Shown here in pieces: positions 9,378 to 18,452 of a stretch of 64,000 bases of DNA. A program made the position numbers and the translations under genes. This DNA is from Fimbriimonadales bacterium (GTDB lineage: Bacteria; Armatimonadota; Fimbriimonadia; Fimbriimonadales; ATM1): assembly GCA_041744215.1 (NCBI GenBank), contig JBGTLG010000015.1, forward strand, positions 165,973 through 229,972, in the 5' to 3' direction. Position 1 is the first letter of the stretch; each line of letters opens with the position of its first letter. A model generated the notes under the pieces. The model made no database searches. It saw nothing but the letters and a program-made list of their open reading frames with translations, and was not told where the DNA came from.

Positions 9378-12300
9378 TTAGAACCGAAGCTGGTAGTCGA
9401 ATCGGAACACCCAGTTGCTCCAAGTATCTCCGACTGCGATTCCATCGCCCCAATTGATGTAGCCAAGTCCGACGCTGAGGGACTGGTTCGGGCCAGGCTT
9501 CTGTTCGAACAAAAGGTCGTAGGTGTTCTTAGTAAAGCGCTTTCCATCCGGCCGGTGGTCTTGCTCCATACTGTAGCTGAGTGTAACGGGGCTGCCGGTG
9601 TTCCTGAATAGCGAAGTTGACGCCATCAACCTACGAGTCAGGGCGTTGCGGTCGTAAAGTCGCTCTTCCTGGAAGCCAAACTTAGCGCTTGCGAAGGAGC
9701 TGATGTTCCAGTCTACCGCCCATGAGTTCTTGGCTAGTGGGAGCGCCAATGAATTCAGCGGCACATTTTGCTGAGCTTTCTCTGGCAGTGTGTCGAGAGA
9801 ATGTGACAGCGTAAACTTGTCATTTACCTTGTAGCTCACGTCGTAGTCACGTATCACCTGTTCCACGCCACCCGGAAGTGTGCGAAGCTTGTAAACAAGG
9901 TTAGCCTGCAGCGCCTTCTTGCCTGTCGGGTCATAAATGTACCGAAGCGTTCGGTCAGCTGCACGCTGCTGATTTGGAAGTATCACGTGACCATAATCCG
10001 CGCCGAAACCTGAGCCAAATGCCTTGAATCCAATACTTGCAAGTGTGTTGTCCTTCTTCCAGATTCCAGCATCGGTATGGCTGTCGTAGCCCACGCTTAT
10101 CTGCAGATCTTTCAAGAACCCGACGTTGATAGGCTTCGGGTTCTTAAAAGAAAAGTTACCGAGCGCGGTGGTGCGCGTGTTATCGATGCGCTTCTCCTCG
10201 TATGAGCCCCCGAACTCGAAACCGTGAACCTCGCCCGGAGTCAAACTCCAGTTGTAGTTACGCTTGCCGTTTCCGTTCGAGTTCAGCTCCCGATGCCATG
10301 ACCAGCCAAACTTCATATTGTTCCCGAAGTCGTACCCGATGCCGTAGTTTCTCGTTTGGAGGTCGGCCTTGTCGGAATCCCTATCAACGAATATCTCAGT
10401 CACGTTGACACTCAGTCGACTGTTTAGTTGCCAGCCAAGCTTGTACGCCTGAACGTTTTCGTAGCCGCCGTCCGAGAACGTGGTCCGAATCTGCTCGGTC
10501 ATAAAGTCGTTTTTAGGACCCAGCTTGGTTTCATACCTTGCATAGTGGGTGTTCCGATCTGGCGCGACTCCTTGCGAACCAGCGAAAGATTCGCGCTCTG
10601 TTCGCGCCGTCACTTTCCCGAAGCGTCCGAAGTCTTGGAAACCCTGGAGCACGAAGAGCTCGTTCTCAAAAAGCGAACCTGCCGCCCCGTCGAGTTTGTG
10701 CGAGTTGTAGAGCACATTCCACGAAGTCGACTTGTTCGGCGAGTAAGCCAGTTTCGCATTACGCTTGTATCGATGCAAATCTTGTTGCCCGTTGTCCGCG
10801 TCATAGACAAACGCTTCCAGTTTGACGCCCTTGATGCCATCGAACTTGAGGCCCGCGTCGAACTGTGTGTAACCGATCAACTCCTGGAAGAACTGGCGTT
10901 CGTGATCGTTTACCTGTGACGCTCGCGCGAACGTTTCGTCGACCTTTCTATACGCGCCCTTAAACTCCAAACCTTGTAACTTGAGATCCGCGGTATAACG
11001 CGTCAGGCCTCCGTTAGCACTGTTGACGTCTAGTGATGTGAAATCTAGCTTGGATTTCCCGCCGAGCGCTAACTGTCCAGCCAAATCTGTACGATCAAAG
11101 CCTGCCTGGAGTCCAAACAACTTTCGCTCCGCTTCGAGCAGGTCATGTACTCGGTCGAACCCTTCGTCAATCTTCGTGTTCCGATAGTCGAGTTTCACGC
11201 TCTTCGAGTCAATGCCAAAAATGGTGTATTCGAGCCCGCCACCACTGTTACGGACTCCTGAGCGTTGATAGGAGAGCCCAAAATCCTTCAGTGGCGCACT
11301 CGTTAACTTAAGGAAGTCTCTGCTCAACCCGGCTTCGCGAACCACAAACCCACGGTCGTTTCCATTGACCCCAGCCTTCGGGTCGTAGATCTGGAGTGTC
11401 TGCTGGATCATGCCGTCAAGTTCCGGCTGAGTTAAATCGCCTAACCGAGAGAATGAGGGGCTTGTTTCCCGACTCCAGTACCGGAAGTCCAATACACTTG
11501 TGCTGACGTCAAGCGCCATCGATTGCATCGCATTGCCGCCGTATTCGATGCTCTTCTGGTCAAACCTCGCTGAGATCCCCTTCAATCCGTCGCCCGTTGC
11601 GAAGCTCAGCGAGTCTCGCTTCATGCCTCGCTCTTTGTGCCACTGCCCTCGTTCGTTCTCAATAAGGTCATTCGCTCTATCAAAGTTAGAGCTGACTTCC
11701 TGAGTGTTCCAGCTGCCGACGAGCCAAGCGGAATCGAATGACAGCGACTGTCGGTAGATGCCTGCGTCGTTCTCAGAGATGGAGTTCTGATCAAACTTCA
11801 GTGCGGCCGGTCCAAAGCTAAATCGTCCGCCGAACTTCTCGCGGGTGATTCCCCGTTCCTTCTGAAGCTGTTGCCGATCGCCCTCTGCTAAATCCTTGAA
11901 CCGACTGAAATCACGATCGATCGCTCTTGAGGAATAGTAGGCGTCAAACATTGTCGACTTGACACCGTAGTTCTGAAACGTGATCTTGGATCCGCCATCG
12001 TCGATCGTCCTGAAGGAATTGTTGAAGGAAAGGCCGCCCGGCGCGTCCGTTGATAAGCCGAAGCCCATGCGAGTGATGCCCTTTTCCTTCTCAAGCTGCT
12101 GTGCGCGTTCCGCGCTGACCCCTGAACCTTGCAGCATCCCGAAGCCAGCAAACTTCTCACCTACGTCTGTGTAGTCTGCGGTCAGCTTCATCCCGCCAAT
12201 AGTAAGGTCGAGGTTCTGCATCAGCAACATGTCTGTTGCGTTCTGCCCCTTTTTCGGCGCGGTCTTGTCGGGTGACGATCCGTCAGCCATCACAGTCGTC

Positions 12301-12863
12301 TCCGACTGAGCGCTCACAAGCAGCATCCCAGTTAGGCTCCCACCATTAAAGGACAGCGAGTTCTCGATGCCAGCATTATTCGATTGGATCATCGTTCCGT
12401 CAGCGAATCGCTGAGTACCGTTGAATCCCATCAACATGCGGACGCCACCGGTCTGCCCAAAGTTAAGTGAGAGCAAAGGAATGCCTCCGCCCCCGGCTGT
12501 CTGCTTTACTGACGGGTCGTGCCGATAGGCGACACGAATCGAGGAACTATCCCTCACTTGTGCGTTGATAAACAGCGCGCCGCCGCCATAGTCAACTGTG
12601 AAGTCCCTTCCCTCCGTCAGCAGTTTCCCATCAAGTTCGAGCTTCACCGTACCGGGAACAACGTTGCCGTACCGGAGCGCGTAGCTAAGCCCCGTCCGCT
12701 TGCCGGGAATAAGATCCACCGCTGCGCGGCCCTTGAGGTTGGTTGGGGGAGTCAAGATCGTCGAGTCGGTGACACCGCTTTGCATGGATTGGGCAAGCGT
12801 GGCAACAGGCAGCAGCGCAGCCGCTGCGGCCATAGCCAAGTGTGTCGTTTGCCTGATCCTCAT
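9378..12863 (-). CDS. Large secreted protein, probable outer-membrane beta-barrel with internal repeats
   Basis: Signal peptide (LAMAAAAALLPVATLA-Q), alternating polar/apolar strands, C-terminal FRFDYQLRF (BAM-type terminal Phe), six ~75-aa repeats. Confidence 0.75.
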   Translation of the reverse strand: MRIRQTTHLAMAAAAALLPVATLAQSMQSGVTDSTILTPPTNLKGRAAVDLIPGKRTGLSYALRYGNVVPGTVKLELDGKLLTEGRDFTVDYGGGALFINAQVRDSSSIRVAYRHDPSVKQTAGGGGIPLLSLNFGQTGGVRMLMGFNGTQRFADGTMIQSNNAGIENSLSFNGGSLTGMLLVSAQSETTVMADGSSPDKTAPKKGQNATDMLLMQNLDLTIGGMKLTADYTDVGEKFAGFGMLQGSGVSAERAQQLEKEKGITRMGFGLSTDAPGGLSFNNSFRTIDDGGSKITFQNYGVKSTMFDAYYSSRAIDRDFSRFKDLAEGDRQQLQKERGITREKFGGRFSFGPAALKFDQNSISENDAGIYRQSLSFDSAWLVGSWNTQEVSSNFDRANDLIENERGQWHKERGMKRDSLSFATGDGLKGISARFDQKSIEYGGNAMQSMALDVSTSVLDFRYWSRETSPSFSRLGDLTQPELDGMIQQTLQIYDPKAGVNGNDRGFVVREAGLSRDFLKLTSAPLKDFGLSYQRSGVRNSGGGLEYTIFGIDSKSVKLDYRNTKIDEGFDRVHDLLEAERKLFGLQAGFDRTDLAGQLALGGKSKLDFTSLDVNSANGGLTRYTADLKLQGLEFKGAYRKVDETFARASQVNDHERQFFQELIGYTQFDAGLKFDGIKGVKLEAFVYDADNGQQDLHRYKRNAKLAYSPNKSTSWNVLYNSHKLDGAAGSLFENELFVLQGFQDFGRFGKVTARTERESFAGSQGVAPDRNTHYARYETKLGPKNDFMTEQIRTTFSDGGYENVQAYKLGWQLNSRLSVNVTEIFVDRDSDKADLQTRNYGIGYDFGNNMKFGWSWHRELNSNGNGKRNYNWSLTPGEVHGFEFGGSYEEKRIDNTRTTALGNFSFKNPKPINVGFLKDLQISVGYDSHTDAGIWKKDNTLASIGFKAFGSGFGADYGHVILPNQQRAADRTLRYIYDPTGKKALQANLVYKLRTLPGGVEQVIRDYDVSYKVNDKFTLSHSLDTLPEKAQQNVPLNSLALPLAKNSWAVDWNISSFASAKFGFQEERLYDRNALTRRLMASTSLFRNTGSPVTLSYSMEQDHRPDGKRFTKNTYDLLFEQKPGPNQSLSVGLGYINWGDGIAVGDTWSNWVFRFDYQLRF

Positions 12864-12941
12864 TTCTTCTCTTCAGTCGATAGCTTTAATTCTGGCTAGT
12901 TGTCAAACCCGGTGAACCCCCGTATCGGTCGAGAGCATTCG

Positions 12942-13850
12942 CTATCTGCTCCCCTTGAAAGCGTCTTGTACGTCCGTGTTCTGATTCACTGCCTCCAGCC
13001 GCTTTCTAAGCTCAAGCCGAGGGTCTCTTGCGACACCCACCGATCCAGCAGACTTGGGTTCCACAGGCCGGCCTTCGGCGAAGGACTCCTCGCCCTCCTG
13101 GCTCATACCTGCCATCGCAACCACATCTGGCTGCTCAGGAATCGCTCGGCCGACGGGCCCGGACTCGGGTCCCATGCGAATGGGTGGAGTCGACCCAGCC
13201 GGGTTCGAAGTTGACGACCGCACGCTATTGTTGCCATTCGGAGTACCCAAGCTGGGACTCGGGGAAGCTGCTGGAGTCGCAGCGGCAGTCTTAGGGCCTG
13301 AAACGGTACGGAGACCCATCTCTACGCCTCGAGGTTGAGGGGGAGCAGTCACGTCCGCAACCACGGTCCCCTCAGCCAAGCTCGAATCCACAGCAGGACC
13401 CGTAGTAGTCGCTGAAACGGGGAGAGGGATCGAAGGGTGTTCTCCCACCGCCACGACGTCCACGACGGGAACCCCGTCCACTTGCGCCAACGGCCAATAG
13501 ACCACCGCAAGAGCGGCAGCAGCAGCGCACCCTGCCAAAGCCGCAACCCTCGGAACTCCAAATCGACCGAGCAGCGCAGGCCGCCGGGAAGTTGAGTTCA
13601 AAATGGCGTCGCGAAGCCATGCCGGGGGTTCAGCTGACTCAGCCATGAGCACGGCTGCCTGAGCTCGAATATCGGCGAGCATCTCCCGGGCCCCGGAGTT
13701 CTCCGCGAGGTACGCCTCAACCAGTCTGCGCTCTTTGAGAGAACACTCGCCGTCGGCGTACGCAGAGATCAGATAGAACATCTCCTCCGAGAGGCTCTCA
13801 GGCGCTGTCGCCAGTTCAATTTCGTCCCAAATATCGCGTTTCTGGTTCAT
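12942..13850 (-). CDS. Anti-sigma factor family membrane protein (ZAS-like N-terminus without the full HxxxCxxC)
   Basis: LISAYADGECSLKERRLVEAYL, then EPPAWLRDAIL, one TM helix and a low-complexity extracytoplasmic tail. Confidence 0.7.
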   Translation of the reverse strand: MNQKRDIWDEIELATAPESLSEEMFYLISAYADGECSLKERRLVEAYLAENSGAREMLADIRAQAAVLMAESAEPPAWLRDAILNSTSRRPALLGRFGVPRVAALAGCAAAAALAVVYWPLAQVDGVPVVDVVAVGEHPSIPLPVSATTTGPAVDSSLAEGTVVADVTAPPQPRGVEMGLRTVSGPKTAAATPAASPSPSLGTPNGNNSVRSSTSNPAGSTPPIRMGPESGPVGRAIPEQPDVVAMAGMSQEGEESFAEGRPVEPKSAGSVGVARDPRLELRKRLEAVNQNTDVQDAFKGSR

Positions 13851-13979
13851 AGTGTGCCTGCTCCGTCAGGGAGGATTGCTCCGAAACCCCGGGTGACATT
13901 CAGATTAGACCTCAGGAGGTCATAAGAGTGTCGGCAACTGAGCCGGCACTTCTGCCAGAGTTCTCCTTTTCAGCCCCCC

Positions 13980-14008
13980 TTGACCAAGGCACTTCTATCT
14001 GCCATAAT
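13980..14008 (+). promoter_or_regulatory. sigma70 promoter of rplJL
   Basis: TTGACC-N17-CATAAT with extended -10 TG at 14000-14001. Confidence 0.8.
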
Positions 14009-14014
14009 GTTCGA

Positions 14015-14140
14015 CGGTCTCCGCAGACAGTCGGCGCTCGTAAGAGCTTAATCCACCAGCCAACCGAGGGGCAGCGACAACCGAGCCAGAAACACAGTTT
14101 CAGTTTGGGGTCCCGCCTGCTTGGGCGGGACCCCAAATCA
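14015..14140 (+). ncRNA. Ribosomal protein L10 leader (autoregulatory cis-element) with downstream hairpin
   Basis: CCGCAGACAG...GCTTAAT...CCGAGG core typical of L10 leaders, directly upstream of rplJ; strong hairpin TTTGGGGTCCCGCC-TGCTTG-GGCGGGACCCCAAA at 14104-14137. Confidence 0.75.
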
Positions 14141-14160
14141 CTTCTACAAGGAAGAAAATC

Positions 14161-14856
14161 GTGGCAACTCCAAACAAGGTTGCAGCAGTTGAAGAGGCGC
14201 GTGCTTGGTATGAGCAGTCAATTGGGCTGATCTTCACCGATTATCGCGGCCTGTCGGTCTCCGAAATGCAGGAGCTTCGCAAGTCGCTCCGTGCAGTTGG
14301 TGCCGAGTTTCACGTTGTGAAGAACACGCTCTTTCGGCGTGCAGTCGGCGACGACATCGAGCAGTTTCCTGAAGAGCTACACAGCGGCACGACCGCGACG
14401 GTGTTTGTCTTCAAGGAGCAGCCCGCATGCGCTAAAGCCGTCGTGACGTTCGGCAAAGCCCACCAAGCGCTTCAAGTGAAGGGTGGATTCTTTGATGGGA
14501 AGGTCTTTTCGGCTGAAGAGATCGACGCCCTTTCGAAGCTACCGAGCCGCGACGAATTACTTTCGATGATTGTAGGGCTCGTGGCGGCACCCATGTCACA
14601 GCTCGTAGGCGTCCTAAACGAAGTCATCGCCTCGCCGATTCGATTGATCGACGCGATCATCGAGAAGAGCGGCGGCAGCGCTCCCGAGGCCAAAGCTGAG
14701 GAGCCGTTGGCCGCTGAGCCACTGGCAGAGCCGTCGGCCTCGGAAACCGTGGATGCCGCCGAACCATCGACTGACGAAGTTCCGACCGCAGACGAAACCA
14801 CACCTGCTGAACCTACCCCTGAATCTGAATCTGAAACCTCCCAAGGAGAAAACTAA
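14161..14856 (+). CDS. rplJ: 50S ribosomal protein L10 with acidic C-terminal extension
   Basis: [28 protein letters not shown]; followed by rplL. Confidence 0.96.
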   Translation: MATPNKVAAVEEARAWYEQSIGLIFTDYRGLSVSEMQELRKSLRAVGAEFHVVKNTLFRRAVGDDIEQFPEELHSGTTATVFVFKEQPACAKAVVTFGKAHQALQVKGGFFDGKVFSAEEIDALSKLPSRDELLSMIVGLVAAPMSQLVGVLNEVIASPIRLIDAIIEKSGGSAPEAKAEEPLAAEPLAEPSASETVDAAEPSTDEVPTADETTPAEPTPESESETSQGEN

Positions 14857-15239
14857 TGGCAACCGTTGTTGAAGAAATCGTTGACAAAATCGCTGGAATG
14901 TCGGTACTCGAACTCAGCGACCTGAAGAAAGCACTCGAAGAAAAGTTCGACGTCACCGCCGCTGCGCCAATGCCCATGATGGGCATGATGCCAGCTGCAG
15001 GTGGCGGCGAAGCCGCGGCAGAAGAGAAGACGTCGTTTGATGTCGTTCTCACCGCAGCAGGCGATCAGAAGCTTCAAGTCATCAAGACTGTTCGCGAAGT
15101 AACCGGTCTCGGACTCAAAGAAGCAAAAGACCTCGTTGATGCCGCACCCAAAGCCATCAAGGAAGGCGTGAGCAAGGACGAAGCCGAAAAGGTCAAGGCC
15201 GCTATCGCCGAAGCTGGTGGCTCTGTCGAAATCAAGTAG
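14856..15239 (+). CDS. rplL: 50S ribosomal protein L7/L12
   Basis: [41 protein letters not shown]. Confidence 0.98.
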   Translation: MATVVEEIVDKIAGMSVLELSDLKKALEEKFDVTAAAPMPMMGMMPAAGGGEAAAEEKTSFDVVLTAAGDQKLQVIKTVREVTGLGLKEAKDLVDAAPKAIKEGVSKDEAEKVKAAIAEAGGSVEIK

Positions 15240-15252
15240 TTTCGGTGATGCT

Positions 15253-15290
15253 AATCGGGCTTCGGCATCGCCGAAGCCCGATTCTATTTT
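15253..15290 (+). terminator. Intrinsic terminator of rplJL
   Basis: AATCGGGCTTCGGC-ATC-GCCGAAGCCCGATT followed by CTATTTT. Confidence 0.8.
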
Positions 15291-15361
15291 ATGCAGGGTT
15301 CGCCGCCTCCGGTGGTGCAAGACAACCGTCAAAATGACACACCTCTGCTGAGGTCACCACA

Positions 15362-16675
15362 ATGACTCATCACTCATCGCCCCGACACAAGCCGGATATG
15401 ACGTGGTGGAGAGAAGCGCGGTTCGGGCTCTTCATCCACTGGGGATTGTATGCATTACCCGCGGGCAAGTGGGGCGAGCAGGAACACTACGGCGAGTGGA
15501 TCATGGACTCGGCGCAGATTCCCGTCGAAACCTACGAGCGACATTTGTCGGGGTTTAACCCTGTCAAGTTCGATGCAGACGAGTGGGTGTCTCTGGCAAA
15601 AGATGCGGGTACTCGATACTTGGTCGTTACGACAAAGCACCACGACGGATTCGCTCTCTTTGACAGCAAGCATTCGAGTTACGACATCATGGCGACACCG
15701 TTCAAGCGCGACATCATGCGCGAGATCGCCGACGCAAGCAGGCGCGAGGGCATCTTTCCCTGTTGGTACCACTCAATCATGGATTGGCACCACCCTGACT
15801 ACCTGCCGCGACGAAGCTGGGAAACGCGGAGCACAGATGGAGCGAAGTTCGACAGGTATGTCGATTATCTTAAGGGTCAAGTCGAGGAACTGCTGACAAA
15901 CTACGGCGATATCGCGGTTATGTGGTTTGATGGAGAGTGGGAGAGCTCCTGGCTGCCAAAGTACGGTGCCGAACTGCTTGCTCATTGCAGGAAGCTATCA
16001 CCCAGAACTATCGTCAATAACCGCGTGAGCCAGGTGCGGAGGGGAATGGAGGACGTTATGGGTGCTGCCGATTCCGACATGGCAGTCGGTGACTTCGGCA
16101 CTCCTGAGCAGCACATTCCGGCAACCGGACTCCCAGGTGAAGACTGGGAAACGTGTATGACAATTGGGGATCATTGGGGCTACAGCGCGTACGAGTCGAA
16201 TTGGAAATCTTCACAAACTTTGATTCGGAACTTATTGGATGTTGTAAGCAAAGGCGGAAACTACCTGCTCAATGTAGGGCCTCGAGCAGACGGCACTTTT
16301 CCGCCTGAATGCGTTGAACGCTTGCGCGAAATCGGCGAATGGATGAAAGTCAACTCTGAGTCCGTATATGGAACAGAGCCGTCCCCCTTAGATACGCTTT
16401 GTTGGGGCAGGTGTACTCTAAAATCGGGGGCAGAAACATCAATCCTCTATCTGCACGTGTTCGACTGGCCAGCCGAGAGTGAACTAGTCGTACCAGGACT
16501 CGGCAACGATGTTCGGTCGGTTAGGATCTTAGGTGCTGGTACGGTCCATTGGCACCGTACCGATTCGAAGGTGATTCTTCAGCTGCCTCGTGCGCCATTG
16601 CACGATGCAGCGACAACGATCGAGTTGATTGTCGACGGGCAGCCGAAAATCTATCCGCAGATACCAGGTTCCTAA
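15362..16675 (+). CDS. Alpha-L-fucosidase (GH29)
   Basis: WWREARFGLFIHWG, TTKHHDGF, WFDGEW, IVNNR, WETCMT, SKGGNYLLNVGP. Confidence 0.93.
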   Translation: MTHHSSPRHKPDMTWWREARFGLFIHWGLYALPAGKWGEQEHYGEWIMDSAQIPVETYERHLSGFNPVKFDADEWVSLAKDAGTRYLVVTTKHHDGFALFDSKHSSYDIMATPFKRDIMREIADASRREGIFPCWYHSIMDWHHPDYLPRRSWETRSTDGAKFDRYVDYLKGQVEELLTNYGDIAVMWFDGEWESSWLPKYGAELLAHCRKLSPRTIVNNRVSQVRRGMEDVMGAADSDMAVGDFGTPEQHIPATGLPGEDWETCMTIGDHWGYSAYESNWKSSQTLIRNLLDVVSKGGNYLLNVGPRADGTFPPECVERLREIGEWMKVNSESVYGTEPSPLDTLCWGRCTLKSGAETSILYLHVFDWPAESELVVPGLGNDVRSVRILGAGTVHWHRTDSKVILQLPRAPLHDAATTIELIVDGQPKIYPQIPGS

Positions 16676-16720
16676 CTTCCCTGCCGATCCTGAGTCTCTC
16701 CAGGTCAATGCTGTTCCACT

Positions 16721-16755
16721 AAAGAAAAAGGCGCCGCCGAATGAGTCGGCGGCGC
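16721..16755 (-). terminator. Intrinsic terminator of the prepilin-type/PEP-CTERM operon
   Basis: Minus strand GCGCCGCCGA-CTCAT-TCGGCGGCGC then CTTTTTCTTT. Confidence 0.8.
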
Positions 16756-16782
16756 AAGTTACTCACTAGAGCTAAACATAGC

Positions 16783-17466
16783 TTACTTTCTTCGTCGGCG
16801 AGCAGCAAGCACACCGAGACCCGCGACGAGCGCAGCCACCGTCGCCGGCTCCGGAACAACGTTTCCGCTGACGGTTACGTTGTCGAACCGTTGCGTTCCC
16901 GTGCCAGCGTACGTGCTGTTGGGATTTGCAGAGGTGTATTCACTAGTGCCAGGAACGAACACCGCGACAACGCGAAACGCGAAGTTCGCGTTGTCAGCAA
17001 CGCCAGCGATCGACGAAAGATCGACCATCCGTGGCGCGTGCCATGTATCTCCGCCCAATGCGCTGAACAGGCCGTCATTGAGCAGGCCCGCGCTTGAGAA
17101 GCTTGTGCCATCAACGGAGTATTGGAACTGAACCCAGCTCGACGAAGTGTTGCTGTTCCGATGATCCCAGTCAACGATGATGTCCATATAGCCGACCGTT
17201 GAGACCTGTACCTCAATGCCTGCGGTACCCGATCCTGTACCCTGCGCCGGATACCCCCGTGTGTTTGGTGCCCGTCCGCCTGTCGCCGCAGTGTTTCGAT
17301 CCCATCCGGTAGCCCATTCGATCGCAGGGCCACCGATGACGGCAAACGTTCCCGCACCCATGCTCGGGGTGAGGACTTCGCCTTCGAAGTCCCACTGCGT
17401 GATGACCACCGCGTTTGCGCCCACTGTGACTGCAATTAGCGCAAGCGCTGCAATTGCCTTATTCAT
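16783..17466 (-). CDS. PEP-CTERM sorting domain surface protein
   Basis: Signal peptide; C-terminal VPEPATVAALVAGLGVLAARRRRK; SD AAGGAG. Confidence 0.9.
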   Translation of the reverse strand: MNKAIAALALIAVTVGANAVVITQWDFEGEVLTPSMGAGTFAVIGGPAIEWATGWDRNTAATGGRAPNTRGYPAQGTGSGTAGIEVQVSTVGYMDIIVDWDHRNSNTSSSWVQFQYSVDGTSFSSAGLLNDGLFSALGGDTWHAPRMVDLSSIAGVADNANFAFRVVAVFVPGTSEYTSANPNSTYAGTGTQRFDNVTVSGNVVPEPATVAALVAGLGVLAARRRRK

Positions 17467-17528
17467 ATGATTGTCTCCTTTCTCCTATTGAGTGTGTTTG
17501 TTGAATGTATAGGGATGAAACGTGGCGC

Positions 17529-18326
17529 TTAACCAGGACAACTTGCGCCTGGCTCGGGATGCGGATAGAACCGCTCGCCATACATGAAGTTCTCTGGATC
17601 CAGTGTCTGCTCAATCCGGTGCCACTTTGCGTGGCCGTCAGAGAAGATGTAGTTGGCACCCTGTTGGTGTCGATCCCACTTAACCCGCACGATCTCAGGC
17701 TTATCGCTGGTACCGGTGAGTGCGTTCTTCGCGTCCTGGAACGTCGCCCGCCGATACTCGACACCAAGAGTCCACGTCGGACAAGGCTGCCCAGGAATGA
17801 ATGCGCTCATCCCTTTGTGCACTCCCATGATCGTGCCGTTCTGCAGCTTATCTCTGCGTTCAGCGAGCGTTATCACTTGAGCTGGGTACTCGATCGTCGA
17901 CGCGTTTACGACAGTGAAGTCATGCGCGGAGATTACGTTATAGTTGTTGATGTACGAGTACAGAATCGTCACCGGCTGATTGTTGTTGTCCCTGGTGGGA
18001 AATCGAACGGGTGCCGGGTCTGACGGGCACCGAAAGATCTGAAGATTTTGGACGTAGGGCTGTGTCGTGTAAACCCATGATCCGATTCGGGGGGAGCCCG
18101 AATTGTACGTAGTCTTCATGTACGTATCGTCATAATCGGTGATGTAGAGCATCACCGACGTACCCAACTGTCTCATGTTCGACAGACAGGACGTCTTCTT
18201 GGCAGCCTCCTTCGCGCTGGCAAAGACCGGGAAGAGTATCGCAGCAAGAATCGCGATGATAGCGATCACCACGAGTAGCTCGATGAGAGTGAATGCACGG
18301 TTCCGGGAGTTGTTTTTGTGTTTCAT
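17529..18326 (-). CDS. Prepilin-type N-terminal cleavage/methylation protein (DUF1559-like, C-terminal H-X9-DG motif)
   Basis: [59 protein letters not shown]. Start trimmed to MKHKNN. Confidence 0.9.
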   Translation of the reverse strand: MKHKNNSRNRAFTLIELLVVIAIIAILAAILFPVFASAKEAAKKTSCLSNMRQLGTSVMLYITDYDDTYMKTTYNSGSPRIGSWVYTTQPYVQNLQIFRCPSDPAPVRFPTRDNNNQPVTILYSYINNYNVISAHDFTVVNASTIEYPAQVITLAERRDKLQNGTIMGVHKGMSAFIPGQPCPTWTLGVEYRRATFQDAKNALTGTSDKPEIVRVKWDRHQQGANYIFSDGHAKWHRIEQTLDPENFMYGERFYPHPEPGASCPG

Positions 18327-18398
18327 AGTGTGTCCCCCACATGCGGTTTCCATCACGGGAACAGCATGTCGTTTCGGTGTTAACGAAACCGCCGAAGC

Positions 18399-18448
18399 AT
18401 TAACGGGTCGTCACCTCAATGTTAATGGCCTGTTACGCAATCGTTAAC
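18399..18448 (-). promoter_or_regulatory. Array of five 11-bp-spaced direct repeats (OmpR/PhoB-family, Pho-box-like operator)
   Basis: Hexamers ATTAAC, GTCACC, GTTAAT, GTTACG and GTTAAC start at 18399, 18410, 18421, 18432 and 18443. Confidence 0.55.
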
Positions 18449-18452
18449 CGCG

